Source: Lama glama (lineage: Eukaryota). From it: DNA of 64,000 bases. The stretch covers positions 17,982,001 through 18,046,000 of the forward strand of contig CM052816.1 in the NCBI GenBank assembly GCA_028534125.1, given 5' to 3'. The notes beneath the pieces were generated by a model. That model was not told where the DNA came from. It worked only from the letters and a program-made list of their open reading frames with translations, and ran no database searches. Below are positions 50,785-63,878 of this stretch, in pieces. The stretch's first letter is position 1, and the number at the start of each line of letters is the position of its first letter. The position numbers and the translations under genes are program-made.

Positions 50785-50950
50785 TATTTGCCATTTATTG
50801 AGGCTTCCTATGTGATAGGCCTCAGCCTATGAGCTTTATACTCACCACAGCAGCCTCATAAAAAAAACCTGTATTATTATCATTTTGCAGAGGTGGAAAC
50901 CGAGATGCATACAGATTAAGTGGTTTGCTCAACATCATGAAGCAGGTAAG
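50785..50950 (-). mobile_element. MIR SINE
   Basis: catttattgaggcttcctatgtg...cattttgcagaggtggaaaccgag...ttaagtggtttgctcaa. Confidence 0.75.
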
Positions 50951-51059
50951 ACAAAAACAAAAATGTCCATCCATTATGCTGTGCTACTGTCAATGGAATA
51001 AAGCAGTCCCTCTATTCCTTTTCCTGAGTTAGCAGGAAAGAAAGTAGAATGAGATGAAG

Positions 51060-51499
51060 AGTGTCTTGGGTGATGCTCTCTTTGCTCCTCCAGGCCCATC
51101 TCCCATCCCTCTTCAGCACCCTGCCCCCCTGTATGTTGCTTCAACATGCTCTCTTGCCTGCTGGCTCTGGTTGAGTTACGCCTGCAGTGGAAGATGTCTG
51201 TAGTTATCTTTTGCAGTGAAGCCAACTGCAGATCAGAAGACAGGAGGAGAGAGATGCTGGGATGTCTTGCCTCACTTCTCTCTCTGTTGGGTGGCCCGCA
51301 GGTTGGCTGTGTCCCTTTTCCCCATACCAGTTCCTATCCACACCACAGAGCTCCCTCTCCAGTCCTGGAGACTGCATTCTCCCTCAATTTTTCTTTAAAC
51401 CTTGACTGTACCTTTGTCAAACATCCCCTTATCAAATTCTCCCTAAGTTATCCGGCTTGAATATGCCATTTTTTCACTACTAGGACCCTGACTGGTACA
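51060..51499 (+). mobile_element. LTR33-like ERVL LTR
   Basis: Ends ...ttgaatatgccat...ggaccctgactggtaca, like ancient ERVL LTR termini; 5' boundary uncertain. Confidence 0.6.
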
Positions 51500-52057
51500 G
51501 AGAACACAAGCTTTAGGCAGGGAAGAGGAGAGGCTGTTAGGGAAGGAGGCCTGCGATCATCCCTGAGAGAGGGGGCCGAGGGTGGCAGCGGGGTCCCTGG
51601 CAGGGAAGGAAGGTGTAGAGAGGTGCTGCGGGGCTGGGGGAGGAGGGTCACCTAGACTGGAATAGGGATCACACTGAACGGTGCTGCCAGGCTCTTTCAG
51701 CTTCTGTGGCAAGGATTTGAAATAGAACTAATCTGCCTGATTCCTGGGCATGTTGAGTTCAAGAACAGAAACAGAACAATGTGCACCAAGATGGTAAAAG
51801 GGAAGAAAGATGTGCTCCTGGAAGCTGAGGTTCTCCTAGTCCAGCAGAGGAGCCAGGTGTGAAAGGAGACACCTACAGCCCAGGACGTCACGCACTGTAA
51901 CACCTGGTAAGTGCCCTGACACATGAGGCTGGGGTAAGCCTCAAGTCCTGAGTAAGGTCTTCCATGTCTATAGACTCTGGACTCTGCTTCAGTCCTTCAG
52001 ATTCTGTGACTCTGGGCTGTGTCATGAGAGAAAGCACAAGCCTGACAAATTTCAATG

Positions 52058-52076
52058 GTGTCTGCAGGTGGCACTG
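52058..52076 (+). promoter_or_regulatory. Possible CTCF motif
   Basis: TCTGCAGGTGGCAC matches 12/14 positions of CCASYAGRKGGCRS. Confidence 0.35.
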
Positions 52077-53352
52077 AGGGTGACTTTGGGGTACTGTTAG
52101 ATACTATTTTTGCTAAGCACTTGGGGACTCCTTAATCCTACCCTGCCAGTCAACTTTCCTCCCTCTGAGGTCTCAGAGAGAGAGACAAATGTGGGGAAAT
52201 GCCTGGCAAAAAGAAAACACAGCAAACACAACAAAATGATGTATTATCAGCAGTGGTTTTTGCCTCAGACCCCAAAACAGAGAACTCTGGTAACCTGGTA
52301 GGTATCTTTCTCCTAAGCCAGTTATGTCTAAACAGCTACAGCCCAAAGGCTGATCCAGTATAAAACCCATCAACACGAAGAATGCAACCAGAGAGAAGTG
52401 ACAGCACCAGAGAGGGTCCCAGCCCTCAGCCCGGAGCCAGCCTGGACCTCAGCTGATGCAGATTGTCCTGGGCCCGGGGCCAAGCTGGAGAAAGAAGAGC
52501 ATCCAGAGAGAAACAGTGATTGGCTGAATCCACAGGACGGAGCAGACCTGTGTCTGCCTGGCCCTTTGCCACAGGAAGGGAAGCAGCTAGAAAGTGAATC
52601 ATGCCCATGTACCGAGTGTCATCTCACAGCAATTCTACTCACAGGGTCCTAGAAGCTACTTTAAGTACTCTTCCCTCTGAGTAGGGAAGGAGGAGGCTTG
52701 AGAATGTCCCCCGCAATGTCCCGTGCCCCTTACTCTCCCCTGTGACCAGGTAGCTCCTGACCATGCTACCCTCCTGCAAATAACACCCAGACCTAAAAAA
52801 ACACCACAAAACAATGATCCAAAGGCATCAGTAGGTGACAAAGATCAGGCAGATTCTCAAGGGGAGATGTCAGTTCTAACAAAAAAGGCATCAGGAGGTC
52901 GAGATTTTTGTGGGGAGTTTTAGCCTGAGGGCAAGCTGAAATCAACACTCCATGCAGCTAAAACTCCAGCGGAAACCAGAGAACTGAGGTGGGACAACCA
53001 TGGCTGCTGGAAAGTGAGGGAGGCACTCAGAAAGGACAGAGCCCCAAATCCTGTGTTTAAATGCTGCCCAGGTCTCTGGTTGAGCCCTGAACCATGTACA
53101 CAGACAACAGACTGGAACAGCAGGAACGGATTAATAAGCTGCTGCCCAACAGACAGAGCTTGCCTTCTGAGCCCAACCCAGTGCACTGTCTGCTAGGGAA
53201 CAAAAACTGAAGCAAAGAACATTCTTCTTCAGATATAACATAATCCAGAGTCTCTGCAAGTGACATTCACAAGGTCCAAGACACAATCCGAAACTACTTC
53301 ACATGTGGAAATTTAATAGCATCAGACCTGGTCCAGGAGAGATGGTGAGGTG

Positions 53353-53813
53353 CAACAGTTCTCAAAGTGAGGGGCCCTGGGACACTTTAAAGGTCTACGA
53401 GGTCAAAACTATTTTTACAATGCTAAGATGCTATCTGGCTTTTTTCCTTCTCATTCTCTTTCAAGTGTACAAGGGTACGATAGAGTTTTCCAGAAGCTAC
53501 ATGATGTGTGATGTCAAGACTGACTGAATGTAAAAGTAGATATGAGAATCCACCTGTCTTCTACTAAGCCAGACATTGAAGAATTTCACAAAAACGTGGA
53601 ACAATGCCCGTTTTCTTACTAATTTTTTCTAATTTTGAAACCAATTTTTTTCATAGAATTATAGGCTTTTATTGTTATTTTAACAAACCAATAGATTATT
53701 TTTTTAATCTCTTAGTTTTAATTTCTGGTAAATATAGATAAACAAAAGTTCTTTGGGGTCTGAGGTAAGTTTTAAGAGGTTAGGGGTTCTAAGACCAGAG
53801 TTTGAGAATTGCC
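53353..53813 (+). mobile_element. Charlie1(b)-like hAT DNA transposon
   Basis: gttctcaaagtg...gaggtcaaaactatttt...agatatgagaatccacctgtcttctactaagccagacatt...gtttgagaa. Confidence 0.85.
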
Positions 53814-53819
53814 AGTGAG

Positions 53820-54000
53820 AGGCAGTTACTCTGACTCCAGCCAGCATCTGCCTCACCTGGGGAGCTTGTTAAACCAATGCTTCGCCCCACCCCTTAAGTT
53901 TCTGATTCAGTAGGTCTGCAGTGGGGCCTAAAAACTTGTGCAGATCTAACAAGTTCCCAGCCGATGCTGCTCTGGGGCCCACTCTGGTAAAGGCTGCTTG
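53820..54000. mobile_element. MER5A-like hAT MITE
   Basis: tcacctggggagcttgttaaa...gtttctgattcagtaggtctg...tctaacaagttcccag. Confidence 0.85.
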
Positions 54001-54675
54001 GAGCACAGACCAGACCCCGGCAAGACCAAGGAATTCATTTCCCATCCCAGCTGCCACGAGTGTTGCCTGCTAGATGGCTTACAGTTGAGCCCCTCCTCGG
54101 GCATTGCCCTGGGCAGAAAGAGCTGCCTGTCCTACAGGCCACCTCCACTCCAGGGACAGCACATCCCATGACCGGGCATTGTGGCATACAAAGACCTGGC
54201 CCTCTGCCTCAAAGCAGAACAGCGATGGAGAGCCCACACAGTGCTGGGGCTCCCCAGGGGATCAGCTGGGGCCCTCATGGCACCTACATCACAGTTTAAC
54301 CCCTCCCTCTGTCCAGTCTTCGGCCATCATTCCCTCCCAAAAGTTGTTTCCAACAGCGTCCCTAATGAACACACATCCCCATTTCAGAGTCACCCTGGCC
54401 CCTCCGACTGCCCAACCCCCACCACAATGCCGGCAACCGACCTATAGCAAGGGGAATAAAGGACAGACCTGTTCGCAGCCTCTGGAGTCTCCAATCTCTC
54501 TGATGGCAGAGTGGCAGTTCTAACGGCCAGACTTTCTTTGCTTTTTGGTACTTCTGAGCAAGTCTGAGGCTCAAGTCTCTAGCCCCGGGAGTGTGGTTCT
54601 CCTGCCCAGCATTCCCGTTGCTGGGCGGAGTCCTGGAGGGATGGTGGGGGCAGTGATCAGGGTTAGTCAGCTGAC

Positions 54676-54930
54676 AATGGGGCTGAAGCCCGCCCACGCC
54701 AGCTCCCAGGTGCTGACCATTACATTTTTAGGAATTTTCCAAGCTAGCTGTTAAACACAGCTATTTTAAACATCAAATTATATCAACTTATGATTAAATA
54801 AATTTTATTAAAACAAAGGTACTATGTATTCAAAATGTATCACTTTATGTTTTGCTACTTTTTACTATCATCTTTGCTCTTAAGCCTATTTACATCTACA
54901 GCATCTCTGTTGTCCCTATGGTACCATTAT
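54676..54930 (+). mobile_element. MER63-like hAT-Blackjack fragment
   Basis: ttttaggaatttt...tgttaaacacagc...ttaaataaattttattaaaacaaaggta. Confidence 0.75.
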
Positions 54931-56504
54931 ATATTATTTTCACCTACAGACATGCTAGATAAGCTTGAGAGCTTAAATATTGTAAAATGTAGCAAGATAG
55001 TGAGGGAAAAAGCAAAGTCATATGGCCAGGAGGTAAAAGAGTTGCTAAGCTCTATGAGAAAACAGCCAGTAAGGGGTTGAAAGTGTATCTTCCACCTCAG
55101 GTCAGAAACTGCCCATTTCAACAGCTCTCACCTGGAGACCAGCAGAGGCACTATTCCTCTTGCTGTTTGCTGATGGCAGCTCTGTGCCTTCCCCACTAGT
55201 GTGGCTGGAATTATGATCTCTCATCTATTCATCTAGTCCTATCTATTCACACCTACTTCCAACTCCGTGCTTAGCACCAGAACAGGAAGGATACGGCACT
55301 GACCCTAGATAGTTCAAGTCTCATGGAGACATATACACACCTCATAAAATGCAGTGACATGTCCACATTGTCATAAAAAGAGAACCTCATAAATGTCTGT
55401 TGAACAGAACTGGAAGCATCAGGTGACGGATGGTGTACTAGGGAAACCCTCACAGAAGAGAGGACATATAAGCTATGTTTTTCCAGAACACCAGGAATCT
55501 TGCCAGGTAGAGTGCCAATTGGAAAGAGTGTTCTGGGCAAAGGCACAGAAGTAATTCAGGATACAGCCTTTGATTTTTGGTCATGGGGACTATGTAGAGC
55601 TGCCCACGCTCTCCCCTGTTCCCTGAAGACCACATGTTGTCTGATCTGCATTAGGTCTGCAGGCATCAGAGGGAGGCCAGCTGGCTTATGTGGGAATCAC
55701 AGCCCTGACTAAGGCCATGCTCACAGGCTCTTGTAAGCCTCTGAGCTAATTGGACAGGATTTCTGTATTTGTGTGCTCTCACATCTTTGTATCATGATTC
55801 AGAGGTTTTATGATTAATCTCACATCGGAAGGGGCATCCAGGAACTGACTTCCCTGAAAATCTTCCAAAGGTAGGATTTACTTCTTGTTGGGGATGGTTT
55901 AGACAGATCTGGTAGGTGGAAGGTGTTGACAGGGTATCACAGTGACCTGTAACCTTTGCTGTCTGATTCGAGGATCAAGTCCTGAGTTGGTCCACTGACC
56001 CTCAACTTGGAATAATTGGTTCGGATGGATTAAAATCCTGGCAAAGGTCCTAGAAGCTCCAGCAGACTGTGCTTAAAAGTTCTTCCATTTCCTATACACC
56101 AAAAGAGGAGGTTACTGTGGCACTGAAATCAGGATATAGCATGGGTCCCTCCAGACTTCTGTGTAGTCAAGACTTCGAGGCTTTTCTCTGGGACCAAGAG
56201 GCTTCAGTGAGCAGCCAGGAGCAATGGACAGACAGCACACTGCAGCCAAATGAGGACACCCTGTCTCAGCTGTCACATCAATGGGGAAGACTGACAGGTT
56301 CCAAGCTGGCAAGTCCTAAGCCTTTCAGATATATCATATCATAATAAACGTGCTTGCATGTCTGTCTCCCTGGTAAGCCTGCCAGCTCCTAGTGGACTGG
56401 GTCTGGTTTGCCTCTGGGTCCCAAGTGTTGGAGAGATAGATGAATGGATGGATAGATGATCAATGTTGTCCTACAGGAGCTCATTTTGAAAATCGCAAGT
56501 CACT

Positions 56505-56730
56505 TAAAAATGTTTACTGGACACTAAACTATGTGCAAGGCACGTTTCTAAGTGTTTTTTAATTTAATCTTCATAACACTTCTATGAGACATGTATTATT
56601 AGTATCCTTATTTTACAAATGAGGAAACTCTTAGAAAAGATTACTCTTTCTCAAGATCGCACAGCCAGCAAGAGAAAGAACTAAGATTCAGATCCACTCT
56701 GCCTGACTCCAGAGTCTTCATTCTCAACCA
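56505..56730 (-). mobile_element. MIR SINE
   Basis: tttaatcttcataacac...attttacaaatgaggaaact...ctgactccagagtc. Confidence 0.85.
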
Positions 56731-58099
56731 CAACTGGGTAATGGAAATACCCTAGTGCCACGGCTGCTGACGGGAGGCAGGGAATGAGGTAGGCTGGGGC
56801 AGTGAGAGCGTGATTCCTGGGGGGAGTGGGATGGAAATGGAGGGCTAAAGGATGGCTACCATCTGGAGAGCTACAACGGGGATGTAAGAATGTTCCAGAA
56901 TGGAGGGCGGGGTGAGCAGAAGATTGCTGAAGGCTTCAGTGGTCTATGCCAGTCAGTGAGAAGACGGGAGACAGACAGGGTTGAAGGAGCAGTCTGCGGC
57001 CAAATACAGCTCAAACTCAACCTTCCTCCTCTGTTTCCCTGAGGTCTGTCCATTCAGCTGAACAAAGATGTCAGTCCTGCAAGTGAGGCAGCTGCCTGCT
57101 GCCTGCTCCCCATGGTTTAGCCAGCCTTGCTGGAGGTCTCCACAGGGGCGAGTGCTGCCATTGTGAGAGGCAAAGAAAATAGGTTGAATCTGAGGCAGAT
57201 TTGCAAGGAAGCAGGAAGCCACTTAGGGCTCTTGCCGAGAGGAACTGCAGCACTCAGTGTTCAATTAGAAAGCATAATAAAGAGGGCACTTGAAGCAAGT
57301 TACAGGGCAGAGGAAAACGGTTCCATTACGTCTGAAAATGGGGCAGAGGGTGCTCCTCAGTTCAGATTATGAGGTGAACGTATCACATGAATCATCAGTA
57401 TGGGTGTTGAAGACTGGGAAGGGGTAGAAAGAATCAGTAGACATAAGCGAGGTCTACATGCCAGGCAATGTGCCAGGCACCCCACATGTATCACCTAATT
57501 AAATTCTTAGAACACTTCTATGAGGATATAGGTTCAGAAAGGTTAACTGACTTACCTAAAATCATCCACCTTTTAAGTTGTTCAGTCATATTTGAAAGCC
57601 AATTCAAGCTTCAGGCTCTAAGCGTGTTGCATGACTAGTCTCCTTCTGCAAAAATATTCCACATATCCTCTTCTCCAGAGTAGAGTATGATCTGCTGCAG
57701 TGAAAACAAGGTGTGCCAGCTGTTAGCAGTACAAGAACACACCAGGTCACGCTAAGCGTGGGGAGCAAGAAGGGCAATGAGAACAGCTGTTAGAACTCAG
57801 ATGCAGTTTCTCAACCTTTTGATGAGTAAATAAATGTATAACACTTTTTAAACTTGGAGGGATTATATGCAAAGAAATTATCATAGTGGCTAGTCCACAA
57901 CTAGTGTATAATAAATGCAGTTTGTTATTATCTGAAGCATTAAACTTGCTTGAGGAGTTGCAGAAATGTCTTCCTAATTGGGAATTACAATAGTAGACAA
58001 TCAGTAAAGTCCTTTCAGGTTCTAAAATTCTGTAATTGTTTCTGCCTTCTCCATCCTGACCTTCAAGGTTTTCTTAGAAAATTTACAAACTGCATAAAA

Positions 58100-59620
58100 A
58101 TATACAGCTCAATCCTAGTCCCTCTCCTGAGGGGCATCCACAGTTGACATTCACTGTATTTCCTTCCACTCTGTTTTCTTAGGTGTTTTTTATATTATTA
58201 AAGGTTATTCTATTATGATAACTCACAGAGAAAAAAATGCGACAATGAGTGTGTATATGTCCATGAATGACTGAAAAATTGTGCTGAACACTGGAATTTG
58301 ACACAACATTGTAAAATGATTATAAATCAATAAAAAACGTTAAAAAATAAAGGTTATTCTACACAAATGTCTACCATGTTTTCTTAATTTAACTTTGTAT
58401 CATAAATATTTTCTCACAACCTTAAAATTCTTCTAAATATCACTTTAAATCAGTGAATAATGATCCAACACTTGAAGATTTCTTTGATGTTGAACATTTA
58501 GCTTGTTTACAACTTTTGGTTAAAAGAAATAACGCTTCAATTCATATCTCTGAACAATAAACATAGCATATAAAATTATTTCCTCAGAACAGAAACTTCA
58601 AATGGCAGCAGAAATTCCAGTGCTTTTATACATGTCATCCTCATTCCTGATTTTTTTAACCAGCTGAAGCTACATCTTCAAGTTTGTTTTTTTTTTATTA
58701 GGATAGCTTTGTGAGTGGTATACTTATTTAACGTCAGGATATTTGAGAGTATTTTCCTATTGCTTTCATATATGAATTACTGTATCTTACTACCTTCTCA
58801 ACAACTTTGTTCTCTTATCCTCTGTTATTTAGTATCAGAAAAACAAGAAATGTTTGGGGCCAGCCAAGTACTATTTATTTGTGGGTAATTTAGGGGCCAT
58901 CTGAAAGGATGCTTATAGAATTATTTTATTTATAAAGAAAGTAAGTAAAATATTTGATTTCAGATTTATATTTAGATGTAGGTCATTTTAATTGATTCTA
59001 TCTGGGAATGTAGTAAGATCTGCTTCTCTGCCTCCACAATATCTTGCTATTAAAGTACCTCCTTAAAAAAAAAAAAAAACTCTGCAAAATTTCCTTCAAT
59101 TATGTTCTTGATTATTGATTCAATAGCAATGATTCTGGATTTTTCCTCAGTTTCTTATAACTGTTAAGTGTAATTACTATTCACTGCTTTTTCTCTATAT
59201 GTTATCACTCCCATTTTAATATTTGTTCCATTCCTCTAATCATCAAATATATTTTAAAGTTATTATCTGCATCACTAAACTGAACTTTTTGCAACTTCTG
59301 ATTGTTAATGTTTCTAATGTAGATTTAATTCTGTATTTTTAGTTTACCTGAAATCTTTGTCTATCTTTATTTTCTTTATCGTCCCTGAAATCCTTATTTT
59401 TTTTATCTTGTATTTTCATTTTAGCTTATTCTATCCTTGAGGATTTCTGCTTTTTTTTCCACAGAGGCTATATTTCCTGGCAGCTTTTTAGTATCCAAAT
59501 AATTTCCTAAACTTTTTTTCTGATTCCTGTAGTATTGTATCTTCAAAGATCTGCTATTCTTCTGCATCTACAAAATAATGTAACTTTTACCCATCTATTC
59601 TCATGGATCTCATGTTTTTT
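58100..59620 (-). mobile_element. Very old L1M/HAL1-like relic
   Basis: Long T-rich tract with scattered antisense L1M-like motifs (tgttgaacatttagcttgtttacaacttt); family uncertain. Confidence 0.45.
58213..58347 (+). mobile_element. Young 5'-truncated L1 3' end (135 bp)
   Basis: Near-identical to the reverse complement of the 29150 copy. TSD TAAAGGTTATTCTA at 58199-58212 and 58348-58361. Confidence 0.95.
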
Positions 59621-61659
59621 CTCTCATGAGCTTGAATAAGGGAGCTTTATCCAGAGCCAACTGTTGGTATAAGTGTTACCCATCTTTGGTCCCTTTGAAC
59701 ACTAGTCAACTTTTCCTTGTTTTCTTATTTTATAACCAAAGAGCAAAATGATAAGCAGAGCTGCCAGTCCAATTACTTGTTTCCATGAGGTACCCAGCCA
59801 GCACCCTTATCGAGCCTGGGAAGGCATCTACTGGCCTTCCTGGACTTCTTTATTCTGAACGAATGGAGAATGCCACAGGCAGTGACTCCAAATATGTCTT
59901 ATTATCAGAATACCTCTTTCATGTGTATCTGAATTATTTTACTTATGATTGGAAAAAAAAAACACAAAACCAAAACCGAAAAAAACCTCTCGAGGAAAAA
60001 AAAATGCTTGTACACACTGATAGAGACCATGCACACTCCCCTCCTCCCACACATTTTCTTTAGTTGTCTTAGTTTATGTCCCAGAATAGTATAAAATTTG
60101 CTCAAAAATGTGTGTGTTTATGTGTATAGCGCACTGAAGAAATGAAGGGGCAATTTTTCGTCTGTGCAAAAAGCAGTATCTGAGCAATTGAGAGACTGCC
60201 CCCTTTTCTTCACTGTGTTTTGAACCATGTGGATAGTGGTGAACAAAGGTACTGTCCACTTACTTTAGGATGAGAAGGGCTTTTTCATAGGTGAGTTAAT
60301 GGAAATTTGAGAAATGCTGCATGCTAAGTCAGAAGCCAACATTAGGAACCAAAATGTCAAACCTGACTTTGATGAGTCATAGAGGCCAGGCTAATCCATT
60401 CTAGACTGTATCTGATTCCTCTTACAAGCAAGTTTTACTGGCATAACCCCTTTTTTCTACTCACCTTCATCATCAACTTCCTAGTATCTCTGCCTCCTCC
60501 ATTTTTATAAGTAGTTCTCTCTTTCATTTAAAGTAAGCCTCTACTTTTTCCCCTTGAACTACAAAGCTTTCAAATATTCCTCTTGCCAGGATAAACTTTA
60601 TGCAACAATGAAGAGACATTCCTGTCACAACGAGTTGTGGGAATAGTCATTTCCTCCTACATGTCTCTAGTTTATAGAACATAGATATCATCCATTTCTA
60701 ATGGAATGGATAGTTACACTTAATTATTTTTTACATCATTTCCCACTAATGTGTTTAGGGGAAGTGATTATTGGAGATGTGATTGAAGCACTAGAAATGC
60801 CATTTGGTAGACAGATGGTTCATCTCAACCTACGTGCTCCATCCATCAACAGGAAACGGAGTCACCTCTCCGTGGGAGAGTGGGTGTGTGAAACCCCATG
60901 TTTGTGTGTGTGCGTGCATGTGCAGGCATGTGGTTAAACAGGCTGTTAGTTATAACTTTCTGTGTGCAGAGAGGACCAGTATAAAGAGTTTCAAGACTCA
61001 TTAAAATAGTGTCCATTGTGAAGTGACAAGCTCCGTAGATCTCTGAGTGAATAATGTTCCCTTTAGTGACTTTCTACATTTCAAGATGCAATGATCATTC
61101 AGAACTCATTACCATCTGAAAGAACACAGGGAGTTCCTCAGAAACTGGGCAAATGTCTTTCACCAATGTTAATTCTTGCCATGGGGAAAAGAAATAGAAG
61201 CTGCAGAAGGAGGAATAAATGCCCACCCTCACTCCTCTTCCTCCTTCCTCACTCACTCTGGTTGTCTACCATCTCTCCTTCCCTAGAGTGGGACAAACCA
61301 GCTCTCAACAATCCTTGCTTCCCTCACCACTTTAATCTTTGTTTTCATTGTCAAATAATTGCAGCAGGCTTCGCTTCTTACCCATTGGAAACTCTCTCCT
61401 TTCACTGAAATTACATCCCTGTTGAGAGACTTAACACTGGTCTTGGTCCAAATTCCAGCCTCAGATATCCTCTTTCTAAATAAAACCATCCAGAAAAAAA
61501 CGAATAAAAGCAAGCATAAACAAAAGTTCTCACCACAAGTATCAACTGTAAAATTACAAATAATGACAGCTTAGAACCTCCAAAATTTTTTGAATGATAT
61601 GTATGGCACGTTGCCAGATCACTGAAGTTCCTGAATAGCCTTTCTATCCAAATGCAAAT

Positions 61660-62290
61660 AGTAGTTCACGGAGGGTCTAATACATGTCAGGCATAAGCTT
61701 AGATAAAAAGCTGAATGATACATGGTCCCTTTCCTGTAGGAGCTCTCTGTACAGAGATACTGATAGACAAACAAGATGAGAAACAGCAGCAAAGTGTAGA
61801 CCTAAGATCACCCATGGGAGTAGCAACAGAGAAGTGACTATCTGGAGATTTGGAGAGGATATCAGGAAGAGGTGACTTGTTAGCTGGGTTTTGAAGACTG
61901 AACAGGAATTCAATAGGCTGAAAAATAGTAGGAGCAAAGCATGGAGATATTAAAGAGCAAAGTATGTTATGCAGAAGGCAAGAAGTTCAGCATGGTGGGA
62001 ACACAGTAGTGGGGGGGTGTGCAGGAAGAGCGGTGTAAAACGGGGTTGGGGAAGCAGGTGGAGTCTTGACTCTGAAGGTAGTGTAAAACATGCGAAGACT
62101 TTTACCTTAGAGATGGTGGGCAACCACTACAGGGTTCTCAAGAGAGGAGTGACGGGATCCAATTCTTAGAGTTCATTCAGGCTGTGGTGTAGGACAGGAG
62201 CGGGGTTGGAGATGTGGCAACAGGGTAAAGAAAACCAACCAGGAATGCTATGGCCATGCTCCCAGCAAGAAAGGAGCTCAGATCACAGCA
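61660..62290 (-). mobile_element. L2 fragment
   Basis: catggtccctt; agctgggttttgaagactgaacaggaatt; agggttctcaagagaggagtgac are antisense L2 motifs. Confidence 0.75.
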
Positions 62291-62700
62291 GGGAAGGGAT
62301 GTCTCTGTGCACCCTCAGAGAGCACAAACCTTCCGCTTTAGCTAACATATACAGAACATCAACAGTTGTCCAAGGGAACAAAATGGGAGAAGGTCCAGAG
62401 ATGGTTTCTGCTCTGTCCTGACACACTCAACTCCTATGCAGTCTAAAAGGAAATTTTGCATTTGGTCCTATTTCCCCATTTGCATTTCACTGTTGTCTGA
62501 GATAGTGAGAACTATTCTAAGAAGTATCTGTGATGGTTTCCACTTACAACCATTCACCACCTGATCATGACTCTCCTTTCATTTTAAAACAAGGTGGTTT
62601 GTTTGCGTGGATAAGTTGCCTAAATAAAGAACCCCAGTGAGTCTCATTGGAAAACAGCTCTGTATGCCAAACAACAGTTTAATACTCCTTCAGTAGACGG

Positions 62701-62722
62701 TCTCTCTCTCTCTCTCTCTCTC
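62701..62722. repeat. (TC)11 microsatellite
   Basis: Read directly. Confidence 0.95.
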
Positions 62723-62802
62723 CCCTAGGGAAACCATCTCAAAAACTGTCAGCCTCCTCTTGAGAGCTTTTCTGTTTATTTCTGAAGCAGATTATGTGCC
62801 AG

Positions 62803-62821
62803 CAGCGCCCTCTCCTGGCAT
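62803..62821 (-). promoter_or_regulatory. Strong CTCF core motif
   Basis: Minus strand reads TGCCAGGAGAGGGCGCTG (13/14 to CCASYAGRKGGCRS), in unique sequence with the CpG retained. Confidence 0.65.
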
Positions 62822-63054
62822 CTTGAAGTTATAGCTCAACATTCCCTTTTCCAAAGACCAAGGAGGTTTTTCTATAGGAAGAAGCCACTGTTAATATTAC
62901 TTCTCTCTACCCAGAGACTGAAATTAACTACTTAATTATCGGGGAACAAGAGTTGTGGCTGGAATAGAGATCAAGGAGAAGGCTATTTTTCAATGGGTAG
63001 GGTAACGGGGACAGCTGAAGTATTAACCAAACAAAAAGCCTAAATGTGTGCTCC

Positions 63055-63870
63055 AGAGTTGGGTTCATGGGTCAGCATCGCCCCTTATCCACCATGACCC
63101 TGGACAGGTCATTTTCCCTTTGCTACCCTCACAGGACCCTCATGAGCATTAGACACAACATGCTTCTGAAAGCATCTGCACATAGTAAATGCTCAATATA
63201 TGTTATATAAAAATCTGAAATTTCCCTAAAAGGGTATAATTGATGCAATTCTTCTGGGAAAAAAATGGCTAGCAAGTATCATGAACCTTAAAATGTATGG
63301 ATCTTTTGAATCAATAGTTATATTTTTAGAATTTTTCCTAAGGAAAAATACACTGTGGAAAAAAATGAATGTACAAAGATGTTCATTATGGTGTTATACA
63401 TAATCCGAGTTATAAATAACCCAAAGGCCAAAAAACTAAGGAAACAGCCAGGTAAACTCGGCATATCCATACCATGTTTTCATGCTGCCCTTTAAAATCA
63501 AGGTTTATAAAAATTTGTTAATTAGTTTAAATATTTATGATGTTAAGAAGAACAGGCTGTATATTTTGTCAAGTGTAACATCAAAGTTGTAAATACAAAA
63601 AATAGGAAAACATTTTAAAATGGGATACAGAAAAATAGTTACCTTCAGATATCGCTGAGAGAAGTGAAAATTTGTAATGCCAATCTGGACAGCTTTTTAG
63701 ACACATTTGTTAAAATAAAAAGTATACATATGGCTTTATTCTTGGGTAATTACTCCAGAGAAAAATGAGCATCAGAAATGCACATAAGGATGCTTATCAA
63801 CACATTTTTACGATGGGAAAAACCAGAAACAACTTGCATGTGCATCCATAAGGAAATAATTGCATGAATT
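63055..63870 (+). mobile_element. MIR remnant (~63055-63205) followed by an old L1ME/MC 3' relic
   Basis: gcacatagtaaatgctcaata; ttttagaatttttcctaaggaa...tgtacaaagatgttcattatggtgttat. Confidence 0.65.
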
Positions 63871-63878
63871 AGGATACG

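Noticed and set aside
55139..55152. CTCF-like CCAGCAGAGGCACT
   Set aside because: It lacks one G of the core, so the GGC is out of register.
55830..56110. Minus-strand coding exon starting at 56091 after CCTCCTCTTTTGGTGTATAG
   Set aside because: All three frames hit a stop within ~20 codons.
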